Notes: generated from the letters alone by a model not told the origin. DNA of 64,000 nt from Candidatus Fermentibacteraceae bacterium (GCA_041750285.1 JBGSZS010000018.1:192001-256000); one strand, 5' to 3'. Counted from the first letter of the stretch, positions 8,809 through 18,207 are shown. Numbers and translations are program-made.

Positions 8809-10546
8809 TTCTGAGCCTTTCCTCAAGCAACTCGAGTACTTTTTCGCGGGCTTCGGCCTCAAGGGCGTGTCCCCCGCTCTGAAGACGCAGCAGCAACGCA
8901 GTGGCTCCCGACCACTCTATCATGCTCGCCGTTACCTTGTAATCCCTGACGACGTCGAGAAAGCCCCTGAAACCCTGAACTTCCCCCTTGCCTCCGCAGC
9001 AGATGATGGTGGCCTCACGGCGGCCTTCGGTCTCAACGTCCACCCAGGCCGGCTTCTCCACTCCCTGGGAATCCTGGATTATCCGGCGTATGGTCTCAAA
9101 GGCCAGCTGGATGTGCTGGGCAAGCTCCTCGGATGAGACCGAGGCACGAAGGAAATCCTCGAGACGGTAGTAGAAGTCAGTTACAAGCCCGTCCGGAATG
9201 TCCCGCAGGATGCCCTTGACTATGTCGAGTTGCTTCACGTCGTTGAGCCGCATGCCCTGATCGAAGTCCCTGAACTTGCCGTAGGCTTCCCGGATCCCGG
9301 ACTTCACGGCAAGGTAGGCATCCTCCATGTCCATGAATACGCTGCGCTGGACAGTGATGTCGATCACGTCAACCCAAACGTCGCCGTAGTTGGACGGGCT
9401 TTTGAAGCTTGCGACTGAAAGCCCGGTCTTCTCGTTTATCCTGTCCACCATGGTCAGGACCCTGTTGTCATGCTCGCGCGTGTCGCTGCTGCCAAGCGTC
9501 ACCACCAGAAGCTTCAGTTTCGCGGCGAACGTCTCGGTGGTTTCAAGGGCAAGGTAGGCCTGATTGATGCCTGTCTCACGGCATTCCTTCATCAGAAGAG
9601 GGATCAGCGCCCTGGCGTAGTTCTCACGCCCGCCGTACCTGTGGATCCTGACAAGCCTCTCGAGACGGTTCGACACCAGCAGGCTGTTAAGCGTTGAAGT
9701 TATGCAGCTCATCTCCTGACGCGTGGCGGGCAGCCCTGAGGGACCGGACATCTCGACCCGCACCGACACGATGCCGTCGGGAGTGGTATACCGCCTCTGA
9801 TGTCTGATGGTGGATCCAGGCCAGGCGTAGCTCAGGGCCGTAAGAAGGTTCTGGAACGAAATGTCCCGCTCGTAGCCAACGAGGTTGATGCCTGTCAGAT
9901 GTTCCGACTCGGTTCTGAGGTTCTTGACCTTGAACGCCGCCCGCCCACGGCTTCGGCGAACCTTTCTTATGAGATCGTTGTTGGTCTTGACCATCCAGGC
10001 CAGATCGAAGGCCTTTCTCTCACCAAGGTACTGGTCGCTTCTGGCACTGATGAAAAGCACGAGCTCTCCCTTTGCTCCGGTGATGTCCCTGGGGACCTCC
10101 CCCCGGTACATGGCCTCGAGCTCCTCCCTCACCGCCTCGTATATCTCGATGCGCTCGGCTGCCCGGCTGAGAAGGCTCATGGTGCCCTCACGGCCCACCG
10201 CCAGTTTCTTCAGCAGGGCTTCCAGCTTCTCGGTGTCGCGGTTGAAGGCATTCCGCTTTGCTTCGTCAGGTGTGCGGATACCGGCGATTATCACGCCCTG
10301 GCGCGCGCCCTCGACTTCGTGGGCAAAACCGTCAATGAAATCGAGGTTCCAGCCCAGGTGATGAAGCTCGCCGATGACAATCGACGCCAGCCCGGCCCAG
10401 TCCCGTGCGGAAACCGCAACAAGGGAGAGAATCCCTGCCTGCCGGGTTATGACCTTGACTTCCCCGTCATCAGGCTGAGCGGCGAGGTCGGTGTAGATCT
10501 GCCTCCTGTAAGCCTGGGATATGCTGCAGAAGCTGTTCGGAGACAT
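8792..10546 (-). CDS. Hypothetical 584-aa protein with ACT-like N-terminal domain
   Basis: Long ORF with typical codon usage and an SD-like AAGGAAGG. VAVSARDWAGLASIVIGELHHLGWNL resembles the ACT 'xxDRPGL..IxxxL...gxNI' pattern. Confidence 0.7.
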   Translation of the reverse strand: MSPNSFCSISQAYRRQIYTDLAAQPDDGEVKVITRQAGILSLVAVSARDWAGLASIVIGELHHLGWNLDFIDGFAHEVEGARQGVIIAGIRTPDEAKRNAFNRDTEKLEALLKKLAVGREGTMSLLSRAAERIEIYEAVREELEAMYRGEVPRDITGAKGELVLFISARSDQYLGERKAFDLAWMVKTNNDLIRKVRRSRGRAAFKVKNLRTESEHLTGINLVGYERDISFQNLLTALSYAWPGSTIRHQRRYTTPDGIVSVRVEMSGPSGLPATRQEMSCITSTLNSLLVSNRLERLVRIHRYGGRENYARALIPLLMKECRETGINQAYLALETTETFAAKLKLLVVTLGSSDTREHDNRVLTMVDRINEKTGLSVASFKSPSNYGDVWVDVIDITVQRSVFMDMEDAYLAVKSGIREAYGKFRDFDQGMRLNDVKQLDIVKGILRDIPDGLVTDFYYRLEDFLRASVSSEELAQHIQLAFETIRRIIQDSQGVEKPAWVDVETEGRREATIICCGGKGEVQGFRGFLDVVRDYKVTASMIEWSGATALLLRLQSGGHALEAEAREKVLELLEERLRNDRDR

Positions 10547-10555
10547 GTTCCTTCC

Positions 10556-10584
10556 TTGACGCCGAGGGTTCGTGGCCTTAGTAT
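10556..10584 (+). promoter_or_regulatory. Sigma70-type promoter for tRNA-Val
   Basis: TTGACG-N17-TAGTAT, 12 nt upstream of the tRNA. Confidence 0.7.
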
Positions 10585-10596
10585 GCCAGCCGCTGC

Positions 10597-10673
10597 GGGC
10601 GAATAACTCAGCTGGCTAGAGTGCCTGCCTTACAAGCAGGATGCCGGGGGTTCAAGTCCCTCTTCGCCCACCA
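10597..10673 (+). tRNA. tRNA-Val (TAC)
   Basis: GGGCGAATAACTCAGCTGGCTAGAGTGCCTGCCTTACAAGCAGGATGCCGGGGGTTCAAGTCCCTCTTCGCCCACCA; anticodon arm CCTGC-CTTACAA-GCAGG. Confidence 0.95.
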
Positions 10674-10679
10674 ATGCAA

Positions 10680-10708
10680 GGGGGGTGAGTCATGGCTGCT
10701 CACCCCCC
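10680..10708. terminator. Hairpin between convergent tRNA-Val and FGE-family gene
   Basis: GGGGGGTGAG-N9-CTCACCCCCC. Confidence 0.6.
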
Positions 10709-10709
10709 G

Positions 10710-11462
10710 TTATCTTGCAAGCCGGAAGCCGGCGTACCAACATCGGTCGCCAGACGCGAATTCCCTGCTCCAGCCCAGTGTCATGGCGTCCTCTCCCTGT
10801 GCCCAGCTTCCGCCCTTGAGAACCCAGACCGAATCATCGTAGACCATCTCGGCGACGTTGCCGCCCAGGTCCGCAATACCGGCCCGTGAAAGCGGGAAGG
10901 AGCCGCAGGGGGATGTGTATGCGTAGCCGTCGGCATCCCGTTGAAGCCAGTCGTCTTGCGCGAGGTAGTTCCCGGGCATCCCCGCCTCGGTTGGGGGTAA
11001 ATCTCCCCATGGGTACTGGTTCGCAATCGATCCTGAAAGCCCCTGGGAGGCAGCATACTCCCACTCGTTCCGGGTGGGAAGCCGAAGGTTCATGGATGAC
11101 GCGAACTCGGCGGCTTCGGAGGGGCTGACGTTTACAACGGGATGGTCGGGCTGCTCGGCAATGTTGTCCGCAATGCCGGGAAAGCATGGGTCGGGTGGCG
11201 TTTCGATCCGGAAGGCTCCGGCATAGTGCGCATAAAGTCTGTTCGATACCTCGTGGACCATGATGCTGAAGGTTTCGACCCGAACGGTCTCGCCGGAGGA
11301 ATTCACGAACGTCCCGCCATGGATCACCTGGAAAAGGGTGTCTTCAGTGGTCACCGCAACCGCTGAAGAGTGCTCGTCGCCCTGTTCGTCGCCTCCGCAT
11401 GCTACGGCACATGCCAGTGCGGCCGCAAGAAAGGGAACAGAATGGAAACACCGCTTTTTCAA
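10710..11462 (-). CDS. FGE-sulfatase (SUMF1/EgtB/PvdO-like) domain lipoprotein
   Basis: Lipobox-like AVAC, HPVVNVS, RLPTRNEWEYAA, YPWG, GNVAE, KGGSW, C-terminal GFR. TTG start overlaps the upstream stop. Confidence 0.85.
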   Translation of the reverse strand: MKKRCFHSVPFLAAALACAVACGGDEQGDEHSSAVAVTTEDTLFQVIHGGTFVNSSGETVRVETFSIMVHEVSNRLYAHYAGAFRIETPPDPCFPGIADNIAEQPDHPVVNVSPSEAAEFASSMNLRLPTRNEWEYAASQGLSGSIANQYPWGDLPPTEAGMPGNYLAQDDWLQRDADGYAYTSPCGSFPLSRAGIADLGGNVAEMVYDDSVWVLKGGSWAQGEDAMTLGWSREFASGDRCWYAGFRLAR

Positions 11463-11704
11463 CTGTTTTCGTTCCCGCCCCCCGGACGGACAATTATCCC
11501 CAGGGGAATCATTACGCAATACCCCAGAACGAGCAGAATGGGAGAGATGGAAACATGACCGGCCCTGAGGAGGAACCAGCCCGCGGTTATAACCACCAGT
11601 CCCGCAATGAAAAGGATGTAGTTGAGGGTTGTGAGGGGGGCCTCTTCAATGCTTCCCCTGTCGTTCTTGCCCGTTGCGGAGGCCTTCTTCTTAGCGGAAG
11701 CCAT
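11459..11704 (-). CDS. Small membrane protein, DUF3098-like
   Basis: NYILFIAGLVVITAGWFLL..ISPILLVLGYCVMIP pattern; good SD (GGAAGGA). Confidence 0.7.
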   Translation of the reverse strand: MASAKKKASATGKNDRGSIEEAPLTTLNYILFIAGLVVITAGWFLLRAGHVSISPILLVLGYCVMIPLGIIVRPGGGNENS

Positions 11705-11779
11705 AGTCCTTCCTTCCACATTCGGATCGGTTCGATTAGCCACGCTCAACATGTAATTTACCATTTTTCCGCGAAAAAG

Positions 11780-12985
11780 TCAGGGCTGCACCCATCCATG
11801 CCGCTCCGCCTGCAGCATAGCCTCTCCCACGACGAAGAAGCTGCCGGTTACGATCATCCTGCCTGCCCCGGCAAATCGTCTGCATGCAAGAAGGGCTTCC
11901 TCTATCGTCTCGAAGGGCATGCACCGCACTCCCGCCGCCCTGAAAGCCTCCGAAAGTTCACTGGCGGGAAGCATCCGTTCGGACAGAGGGGTCACGGCAA
12001 AGACGGGGCTCACGGTGCCCGATACCATATCCACCATGGTTTGCCACGGCTTGTCCGAAAGAAAGCCGATCACGGCCGGAACAGGCTTCCCCCAATCCTT
12101 CACGAAGTCAAGCAGAGCCTCCATCGACTCGGGGTTGTGCGCCACGTCAAAGAGGATGGTGGGTGACCCTTCCCTGACATCGAGCCTTCCGGGCCATTTG
12201 AGACCGCTCGCGCAAAGGTCGGCATAGACGCCCCTTACCAGTTCGAATGGGCGTCCGAATACCTCGGATGCAGCTGCAAGGGCCAGCCCGCCGTTGTGTT
12301 TCTGATGGGGACCCGGAAGGGGTGCGCAGTCGACGGGCACCGGCTGGATGCGCCTGAGGCCCAGGCGTTCCACGGCATCGGTCACCACCGATTCAACGTC
12401 GGGGGTCTGGACGGAGGCCACGAGAAGTGTTCCTGCTTCGGCAACGGCGACCTTCTCGGCGGCAATAAGTGCCCTGGTGGCCCCGAGTATCCTGCTGTGT
12501 TCCACCTGCACTCCGGTGAAAACCGTTGCTTCGCCCCGGAAGACCCTGGTCGCGTCGAGACGCCCTCCCAGGCCTGCCTCGGCTATCACCCATTCCGCGC
12601 CGTTCCCGGCGAAGTACCACGCAGCCATGGCGGTCGTTATCTCGAAGAAAGTCGCCGAGTACTTCTGTATAAGGGCGCGATGGTCGGTTACGAAACGGGC
12701 GGCCTCCTCCTCGGGAATCCAGGCATCATCGAGGTTTATCCGCTCCCTGAAGTTTAATAGGTGGGGCGAGGTGGTGTGTCCAACCCTCAGCCCCAACCCC
12801 CGTCCCAGGGCAGCCAGCACCGCCGTTGTGCTGCCCTTGCCGTTGGTCCCCACGACATGCACTGTCCTGAATGCCTCCTGAGGCCTTCCCATGGCATCCA
12901 TCATGGCCTGCATCCTGTCGAGGTTGTACTTCATGCCAAGGCGTCTTCTGCTGAAAAGCCAGCTCTCTGCGGTAGAGTAGTTCAT
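11780..12985 (-). CDS. folC: Folylpolyglutamate/dihydrofolate synthase
   Basis: HVVGTNGKGST, TSPHL, TFFE, EAGLGGRLDAT, WPGR, DVAHN, TGSFF. Confidence 0.96.
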   Translation of the reverse strand: MNYSTAESWLFSRRRLGMKYNLDRMQAMMDAMGRPQEAFRTVHVVGTNGKGSTTAVLAALGRGLGLRVGHTTSPHLLNFRERINLDDAWIPEEEAARFVTDHRALIQKYSATFFEITTAMAAWYFAGNGAEWVIAEAGLGGRLDATRVFRGEATVFTGVQVEHSRILGATRALIAAEKVAVAEAGTLLVASVQTPDVESVVTDAVERLGLRRIQPVPVDCAPLPGPHQKHNGGLALAAASEVFGRPFELVRGVYADLCASGLKWPGRLDVREGSPTILFDVAHNPESMEALLDFVKDWGKPVPAVIGFLSDKPWQTMVDMVSGTVSPVFAVTPLSERMLPASELSEAFRAAGVRCMPFETIEEALLACRRFAGAGRMIVTGSFFVVGEAMLQAERHGWVQP

Positions 12986-14220
12986 TTCACCTTCACCAGT
13001 GTTTTCACAAGCTCCCTCAGCAAAGCGCCGCGGGAAGACCTTACAAAGGTCTGGGCCCTCAGCACTTCGGCATGGTTCACTCCAGACCCGGATCCAACAT
13101 CGTTCGTGACAATCGCTATCCCAATCACCTCACAACCCTGGGAGACAAGAGCCAGGGCTTCCTGCACCGTGGACATGGATACGACGTCCACACCTGAATC
13201 AGCGAGAAGTTCAACCTCGGAGCCGGTTTCGTAGGCGGGACCGGAAACGCAGGAGAAAACGCCATCAAGAACAGGAACCCCCGCACCGGCCCCCAACTCC
13301 ACCGCCTTCGCCCCAAGGCGCCGTGAATATACCGAGGTTCCCACTGGCCGCATGGCGGTTGAGGGAATGCACCCGGACAGGTTCACATGGTCTTTTATCA
13401 CGACCATGTCACCCGTTCTCAGGCCCGGAACAACGGCACCCGCCGAGGTGGTAAGCAGCCACGAATCCACGCCGAGGGATGCGAGCGCCGCCGGCAGAGC
13501 GGCAACCTGCCGGCCGTCATATCCCTGGTAGTGATGCCTTCTGCCCATCAGGTAAACGGTGCTTCCTTCAGCGTTCACCAGCAGGGTGCCCTCATGGCCC
13601 TCAACCTGGCTTCCCGACATCCCGGGAATGCGCCCGTAGGGTACTGTGAACCCTGGTTCATCCATCCCGGCGAGCCAGCCGATCCCCGATCCCAGAACGA
13701 CGCCGACCCTTGGCACCCTGCCATGAAGGATGTCCCGCATCGCCGCAGCCATGCCGGCGACTTCCGGTTCCGGTGCAAGCCCTCTTGACATCAGCAGAGC
13801 TGCCTCGCCGTCTTCATAGTAATCGTCCGAGTTCGCCCGGACGCTGAAACCAAGCCGTTCGTAAGCAGCCCTGGCACTTCCCGAACTCGCCCTGACCTCG
13901 AGGAACGCACGTCTGCATCCCCGCATGCGTCCCCAGTGCAGAACCGAAGAAACAAGCCGGGAGGCGATCCCCCTCCCTCGGTACTCCGGGGCCACGGCCA
14001 GCGAAAGCAGATGAACCTCATGCGGCTCATCGAGTGCGGCGGAGACATATCCGAGAAGCTCATCCTGCGCGAACGCACCTACCGACACGCTGTCGGACCA
14101 GCGGGCAAGAACACCCTTCAACGTGGCGCGGCTCCAGAAGTCACCCGGAAAACAAGCCTTTTCCAGCGCTGCGACACGCGTCAGGCTTTCGGTTCCGATC
14201 CTTCTCAGCTCAACGGCCAA
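12982..14220 (-). CDS. rimI: Fusion of RimI-type N-acetyltransferase and purine-nucleoside phosphorylase (family 2)
   Basis: N-half has LAVAPEYRGRGIA, LEVRASS, YERLGF, YYEDGE. C-half has VLGSG, GRRHHYQG, GPAYET, MST, TND. One uninterrupted frame following tsaB. Confidence 0.85.
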   Translation of the reverse strand: MAVELRRIGTESLTRVAALEKACFPGDFWSRATLKGVLARWSDSVSVGAFAQDELLGYVSAALDEPHEVHLLSLAVAPEYRGRGIASRLVSSVLHWGRMRGCRRAFLEVRASSGSARAAYERLGFSVRANSDDYYEDGEAALLMSRGLAPEPEVAGMAAAMRDILHGRVPRVGVVLGSGIGWLAGMDEPGFTVPYGRIPGMSGSQVEGHEGTLLVNAEGSTVYLMGRRHHYQGYDGRQVAALPAALASLGVDSWLLTTSAGAVVPGLRTGDMVVIKDHVNLSGCIPSTAMRPVGTSVYSRRLGAKAVELGAGAGVPVLDGVFSCVSGPAYETGSEVELLADSGVDVVSMSTVQEALALVSQGCEVIGIAIVTNDVGSGSGVNHAEVLRAQTFVRSSRGALLRELVKTLVKVK

Positions 14221-14878
14221 GCGAATCCGCCTTCTGCATGAAACCCCTGAGGTAAAGGGGTTCGGGGTTCGGATCAAAGCCTCCGGCGCCTGCCAGTATG
14301 CTGCCGAGGATCGCGCACGACGATGCATCAGGCGTATCGAGGGTTTTGTCCGTCCAGACAAGCCGGGATTCGTGGATCTCGGACCTGCCAGACCCCACTG
14401 CCACCGCTCCGTACTGCAGGGCCAGTCCCGCAATGTCCGCTCCGTTGTACACCCCCGCGGGGACCAATTCGGGGGACAGGGGGTCGGATGATGGGTACAG
14501 CGCCGCAAAGACCTCGTCGTTTCTGGCCCGTACCGCCGCCAGGACGGGCTTGCCGGTATCGACCCCGCACGCCAGAAGCCTCAGCGTGGGAACTCCCTTC
14601 AGTGGAACTCCCCATCCGGCGCAAAGACCCCTGGCCGTTGCAACGGCGATCCTGAGCCCGGTGTAGGAGCCGGGGCCCAGCGTGAAAGCGACGCCCTCGA
14701 GGGATGCTCCTTCGATCCCGGCATCACCGAGGACTTTCCCGATGGAACGCAGCAACCCTCCCGACGTGGGAACTCCCACGGGTATCATATCGACGGATAT
14801 GACGGCCCGGTCCGCGACCAGCGCGGCGCCCCCGTTGCCGAACACAGTATCAAACCCCAGCCATGAGCCGCGCAACAA
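14210..14878 (-). CDS. tsaB: t6A biosynthesis protein TsaB
   Basis: LGFDT, GPGSYTGLRI, ARNDEVF, EPLYLR; lies between tsaE and rimI. Confidence 0.93.
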   Translation of the reverse strand: MLRGSWLGFDTVFGNGGAALVADRAVISVDMIPVGVPTSGGLLRSIGKVLGDAGIEGASLEGVAFTLGPGSYTGLRIAVATARGLCAGWGVPLKGVPTLRLLACGVDTGKPVLAAVRARNDEVFAALYPSSDPLSPELVPAGVYNGADIAGLALQYGAVAVGSGRSEIHESRLVWTDKTLDTPDASSCAILGSILAGAGGFDPNPEPLYLRGFMQKADSLGR

Positions 14879-15290
14879 CTACCTCTCTCAGTAAAGGGTC
14901 TTCCAGACAATTGATCGTGATGTGCAGACCGGGATGACAGGCGAGGTCCGGAAAGCGGTCCGCCCACTCCGCTATCACCACGGCCGATGACTCAAGTATC
15001 TCGTCGAAACCCAGCATCGTCAGCTCATCATGACCGCCGGCGAGCCGGTAGAAATCCATGTGGTGCACATCGAAATCCGGAAGGGCGTAAACCGCGTCAA
15101 GAATGAAGGAGGGGCTTGGAATGGCCCCCGACACTCCCAGCGCCCTGATCACCGCTCTGGCCAGGGTGGTCTTTCCCGAGCCGAGGTCACCCACGAGAAA
15201 CACCCGCCCACCCGGGCCAAGGGACCCGGCAATACTGCCGCCGAGGTCAAGCATCCCCTGCTCGTCCAGAATGAACCGCTCGTGTGTCAC
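14850..15290 (-). CDS. tsaE: t6A biosynthesis ATPase TsaE
   Basis: GDLGSGKTT, SPSF, HMDFYRL, EWAD. Confidence 0.95.
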   Translation of the reverse strand: MTHERFILDEQGMLDLGGSIAGSLGPGGRVFLVGDLGSGKTTLARAVIRALGVSGAIPSPSFILDAVYALPDFDVHHMDFYRLAGGHDELTMLGFDEILESSAVVIAEWADRFPDLACHPGLHITINCLEDPLLREVVVARLMAGV

Positions 15291-16834
15291 ATGTTCTTTC
15301 TCGAGGTCAGCACATCGCACGGAACAATCATCTCGTCCAGGGAAATCCCCCCGTGCTGGAATGAACCCCTGAAATTGTGCATGTCCTCACGGGCGAGGTG
15401 CTCATGGAAAAGCAGGTAGTCACCCCTGGCCAGAACATAGGATTTTCTCGGGTTCTCGTCGGGAAGACCCCACTGGGCCGGCTGTTTTATGACAAGGGCA
15501 TGACGCGGGTCGCTTGAGAGGGAGAGCCCGAACCTGTACCTGACGCTGCTCGACATCCCCCTGGCCCCCCGGACCCAGGCGATCCTTCCGGCCTGAACGC
15601 TCCCATGGTCGCTGGTGACGATCACAGTTGCGCCCCTGGCGCTGAGGGTGAGCAGCATGTCCCTGAGAAAGGAGCTTCTGAACCAGGACTCGGCAAGGGT
15701 GCGAAAGCTCCCGACATCGGGTGCCAGGTCGCGTATCAGGTCCAGCTCGCTTCTTCCGTGGGTCAGGTGGTCGATGTAGTTCACGACCAGGGCGAAAAAG
15801 CCCTTCTTGATGAAATGGGACAGCCCCTTGCGTATGTTGTCGCCCTCGCGCTTGTTGGACGCCTTGAGATAGACGGCGTCATCAGCTCCGCTCCACCCGT
15901 ACCTTTTCAGGGCGTCCACCAGCAACCTCGGCTCGTTCCTGTTCAGGCCGGGGGACCCGTACTCCTCGATCCAGTCGTTTCTGTAGAACCTGCTGATATC
16001 ACGGGGAAGAAGCCCGCTGAAAATGGAGTTCCTGCTGTAGGGAGTTGCCGACGGAAGGCCGGCCAGCATGAAACCCGGCTCCCTGTGAAACCACTGCTCT
16101 ATCTCCCTGGTCATGAGAAGCCACTGATCGTACCTCATGCAGTCGATGACAAGAACCACCAGCTCTCCGGGTTCGTCGAGCCTGGGAACCACGACCCTCT
16201 CCAGGAAGTTGTGGGACATCAGCGGGCCGTCCTTTGACCCTATCCAATCGCGGTAATTCTCTTCGACGAAACGCGAAAAATCGATCTGGAGCTGGTCGAG
16301 GCCGACGCCCTGAAACGAGCCGAAATCGGATGTCAGGTGGCCCCTTGTGCTTATATCCTTTTCCATCCAGCTTGAGTAGAGGTGGGTCCAGTCGGACAGC
16401 GAACGGTCGCGTGAGAGCCGGAGGGTCTCGGCCTCGTGCATGACCTCCATGGCGGCCTGTTGAAGCCTCAGTTTGCCCGTGGTGAGAAGTTTCTTCACCA
16501 CAAGCAGTATCTGGCTGGGGTTCACGGGTTTGGTCAGAAAATCAGCGACCGAGCCCGTAAGCGCCCGGTCCATCAGTTCCTCTTCCTCGCTCTGCGTGAC
16601 CATCACTATCGGCAGTTCCCGGTAGCTTCGACGGATCTCCCTCAGCGTTTCCAGCCCATCCATCCCCACCATCATCTGGTCCAGAAGGACAAGGTCGACC
16701 CTTCGGCTTTTCAGGATCTCGAGGGCATCCCTGCCGCTCTCCGCTGTATAGACAGTGTAGCCCCTCTTCTCAAGAAATCTTATGTGGGGCTGGAGGTGGC
16801 CTATCTCGTCATCCACCCAGAGTACTTTCAGCAA
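15287..16834 (-). CDS. porX: PorX-like response regulator (receiver + PglZ/alkaline-phosphatase domain)
   Basis: Receiver: WVDDE, LLDQMM, TKP. PglZ: IDCMRYDQW, LPSATPYSRNSIFSG, D..H, TSDHG, FQHGGISLDEM. Followed by tsaE, as in Bacteroidota. Confidence 0.9.
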   Translation of the reverse strand: MLKVLWVDDEIGHLQPHIRFLEKRGYTVYTAESGRDALEILKSRRVDLVLLDQMMVGMDGLETLREIRRSYRELPIVMVTQSEEEELMDRALTGSVADFLTKPVNPSQILLVVKKLLTTGKLRLQQAAMEVMHEAETLRLSRDRSLSDWTHLYSSWMEKDISTRGHLTSDFGSFQGVGLDQLQIDFSRFVEENYRDWIGSKDGPLMSHNFLERVVVPRLDEPGELVVLVIDCMRYDQWLLMTREIEQWFHREPGFMLAGLPSATPYSRNSIFSGLLPRDISRFYRNDWIEEYGSPGLNRNEPRLLVDALKRYGWSGADDAVYLKASNKREGDNIRKGLSHFIKKGFFALVVNYIDHLTHGRSELDLIRDLAPDVGSFRTLAESWFRSSFLRDMLLTLSARGATVIVTSDHGSVQAGRIAWVRGARGMSSSVRYRFGLSLSSDPRHALVIKQPAQWGLPDENPRKSYVLARGDYLLFHEHLAREDMHNFRGSFQHGGISLDEMIVPCDVLTSRKNM

Positions 16835-16836
16835 GA

Positions 16837-18207
16837 TCAGGTTTCCTCCTGTTTCACGGGAAGGACTACCGAGAAGGTCGTACCCTTGCCCGGTACGCTC
16901 GAAAGCATCTGTATGCGTCCCTGGTGGTATTCCTCCACGATCCGTTTCGAAAGGGGAAGACCAAGCCCCCAGCCTCCCTTGCGGGTTGTGAAGCCCGGTT
17001 TGAAAACCTTGCCCTGCTCCTTAGGTGGAATTCCCCTGCCATTGTCGCTGACCTGTATCTCGACAATGGATCGGCTTTCATCCGGGAACTCGCAGACGAC
17101 CTCGACCCGGCCCGGTCTGTCCCCCGTGGCGCAGGCAGCCACCGAGTTCTTAATCAGGTTTTCAAGGACCCATCCCAGGAGCACTGCATTCCCCATCACA
17201 ACAGCGTCCACAAGCTTTCCCACCTCTACAGACACGCCGCCCACGAGCCCGGGTCTCTCCGAGAAGTAGGACACGGTATCCCATATGACCCCCGAGACCT
17301 GAACAGGTTCCATCCTGGGCTTCCTGCCGACATGCGCATACCTCTGGGTGATCTGCTGAAGCCTCTCCACGTCTACCTTCATGGCCCTCATGGCTTCAAG
17401 CGTTTCGGCATCGGACTCGATCGATGGATTCTCGGATATCAGCTCGAGCCAGCCCATCAGCGAGGAAAGGGGAGTGCTTATCTGATGGGCCGTCTCTCGG
17501 GCGAACCCCACCCAGGACATCTCCCTTTCGTGCTTCCTCTCCCCCCTCATGAAGAGGAACATCAGCCCGCCGATGAGTACAACGAACCCCAGCTCCAGCA
17601 GTGGCATCCATGCGATTTCTCGGAAGATGGGATCGGTGCCGTAATGAAGGTGGCCCAGCTCCGTCCCGCCGGGACCGGAGATGGGAATGGGCGAGTTTAT
17701 GCTGTCAAGGGCCGCTATCCTCATCTTGTATTTGATGAGCGAGTCGCCCGGGGTCTGATCGCTGATCGGTCTTCCGTCCACGACCTGGGGACGACCGGAA
17801 ATGTCGGTGAAGATGATCGAGTAAGGGAGCCTGTGGACCAGATCGGCGTACAGACGCCGGGCCATTGCCTGTATCTCCCGCCTCTGTTCGACGGGAATCT
17901 CCGATGTGATGACGAAGCTGGTGATCCTTCTGCAATCCGGGCAATAACTGGACATGTGGGTTTCCTCCGGAATGCTCTCGAGCGGGAAGGAAGCCCCGCA
18001 CTCGGTGCAGACCGAAAGACCCTCGCGACCTGCGATGAAGCTGAGCGGGTACTGAATGCCGGCCCAGAACCACGCTATCGTTTCGTTGGCGATCCGGTTC
18101 GACCTGCGCAGCCTTTCCACAAGGTTGTGGGTGTACCACACCAGAAGCCACGAGACCATGGTGGCGAAAACTATTATCAGAAGACGCCTTCTGAATGTGA
18201 GTGTCAC
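16837..18207 (-). CDS. Membrane sensor histidine kinase with CxxC..CxxC insert in the sensor loop
   Basis: Two TM helices; H-box ETAHQISTPLSSL; ENLIKNS, DNGRGI, FTT, GWGLGL. Confidence 0.93.
   Translation of the reverse strand: MTLTFRRRLLIIVFATMVSWLLVWYTHNLVERLRRSNRIANETIAWFWAGIQYPLSFIAGREGLSVCTECGASFPLESIPEETHMSSYCPDCRRITSFVITSEIPVEQRREIQAMARRLYADLVHRLPYSIIFTDISGRPQVVDGRPISDQTPGDSLIKYKMRIAALDSINSPIPISGPGGTELGHLHYGTDPIFREIAWMPLLELGFVVLIGGLMFLFMRGERKHEREMSWVGFARETAHQISTPLSSLMGWLELISENPSIESDAETLEAMRAMKVDVERLQQITQRYAHVGRKPRMEPVQVSGVIWDTVSYFSERPGLVGGVSVEVGKLVDAVVMGNAVLLGWVLENLIKNSVAACATGDRPGRVEVVCEFPDESRSIVEIQVSDNGRGIPPKEQGKVFKPGFTTRKGGWGLGLPLSKRIVEEYHQGRIQMLSSVPGKGTTFSVVLPVKQEET

Noticed and set aside
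8382..10673. Genomic island integrated at the tRNAs
   Set aside because: No integrase, no duplicated tRNA 3' end and normal composition in the enclosed genes.
10710..11462. FGE-domain protein as a DGR target or as GldK/PorK
   Set aside because: No template repeat or reverse transcriptase in the window and no adjacent gldLMN; only generic FGE motifs.
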